Positions 63,455 through 64,000 of a stretch of 64,000 bases of DNA are shown here, in pieces. A program made the translations under genes and the position numbers. Positions within the stretch are counted from its first letter, which is position 1. Each line of letters opens with the position of its first letter. Under the pieces are notes generated by a model that saw only the letters and a list, made by a program, of their open reading frames with translations, was not told the origin of the DNA and searched no databases. Source of the DNA: Chiloscyllium plagiosum (taxonomy: Eukaryota); assembly GCF_004010195.1 (NCBI RefSeq), contig NC_057718.1:34933376-34997375 (forward strand), in the 5' to 3' direction.

Positions 63455-63825
63455 TAATGTGTTAGTGGACAAAGATTACATCTCAGTGCCATGTAGTACT
63501 GAGAAGGGCTGCATTATAAGAGGTACTATCCTTAGAAGAGACTTTAAATCAAGGTCCTAATCCACCCTTTTAAACGGTTGTAAAAGATCCACAAGCCACA
63601 AGAGTAGCGAGCTTTCCCTGTTGTTTGGATCAGTATTCATTGGCCAATTTATATCATGAAAACAGATTATCAGGTCATAGCTGTTTACTCTTTGTGAAGG
63701 TTTGCTGAGCACAGTTTGACAACCACATTTCCCACATTGTACAAGTGACTAAGATTCAAAAGGATTTCAGCAGCTGTTAAGTCTTTGGGGTGTGTTGAGG
63801 TTGCAAAAAGTATAAATACAAATCT
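63455..63825 (+). mobile_element. Deu-domain SINE (SacSINE1/AmnSINE1-like), decayed
   Basis: GTAGTACTGAGAAGG.CTGCA..GTAAAAGATCC..AAACAGATTATCAGGTC..CATTTCCCACATT..GCTGTTAAGTCTTTGGG. Confidence 0.7.
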
Positions 63826-64000
63826 AATTTTATTTCAACGTGTATATTGTTTTTACTTATTTTCTCTCATGAATTTTTCATCTCCAACCCTGAAGCCTTG
63901 AATCCTTGCTGAGTTATGGTTTTACATGCTGATAGAAGCTTTCCATTACCTTACTCAAGTCATCATCATTCACTTATAATCCTTGATGGTGACTGTTGGT

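Overview
Eukaryotic (vertebrate) non-coding DNA, almost certainly from a cartilaginous fish (shark). This is inferred from HE1-type V-SINEs with (AATCT)n tails, CR1/HER1-type LINEs, Deu-domain SINEs and shark-type Penelope-like elements (PLEs). I can identify no intact host protein-coding gene, rRNA, true tRNA or CRISPR array. Most ORFs in the track are TE fragments or products of a 28-bp minisatellite. The window is a dense TE mosaic: many CR1 fragments, one Rex1/Babar LINE, L2 tails, several SINE families, decayed Harbinger/PIF transposons (a HARBI1-like DDE gene and several Myb/SANT genes), and at least three PLE families. The PLE terminal repeats carry minimal hammerhead-ribozyme cores, and many PLEs occur as short palindromic insertions with clean target-site duplications (TSDs). 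The most unusual observations are: (1) a palindromic PLE that has captured a copy of nearby genomic DNA between its arms (49.7-50.0 kb); (2) two VNTR-bearing non-coding retroposons with Rex1-like tails, one beside a 2.6-kb 28-bp minisatellite; (3) a head-only SINE flanked by a 65-bp direct repeat; (4) a ~230-bp inverted repeat pair 2.9 kb apart; (5) a compact RFX + forkhead motif cluster near 23.9 kb; (6) a few weakly supported orphan exon candidates. Family names come from recalled motifs, not database searches, and boundaries of old elements are approximate.
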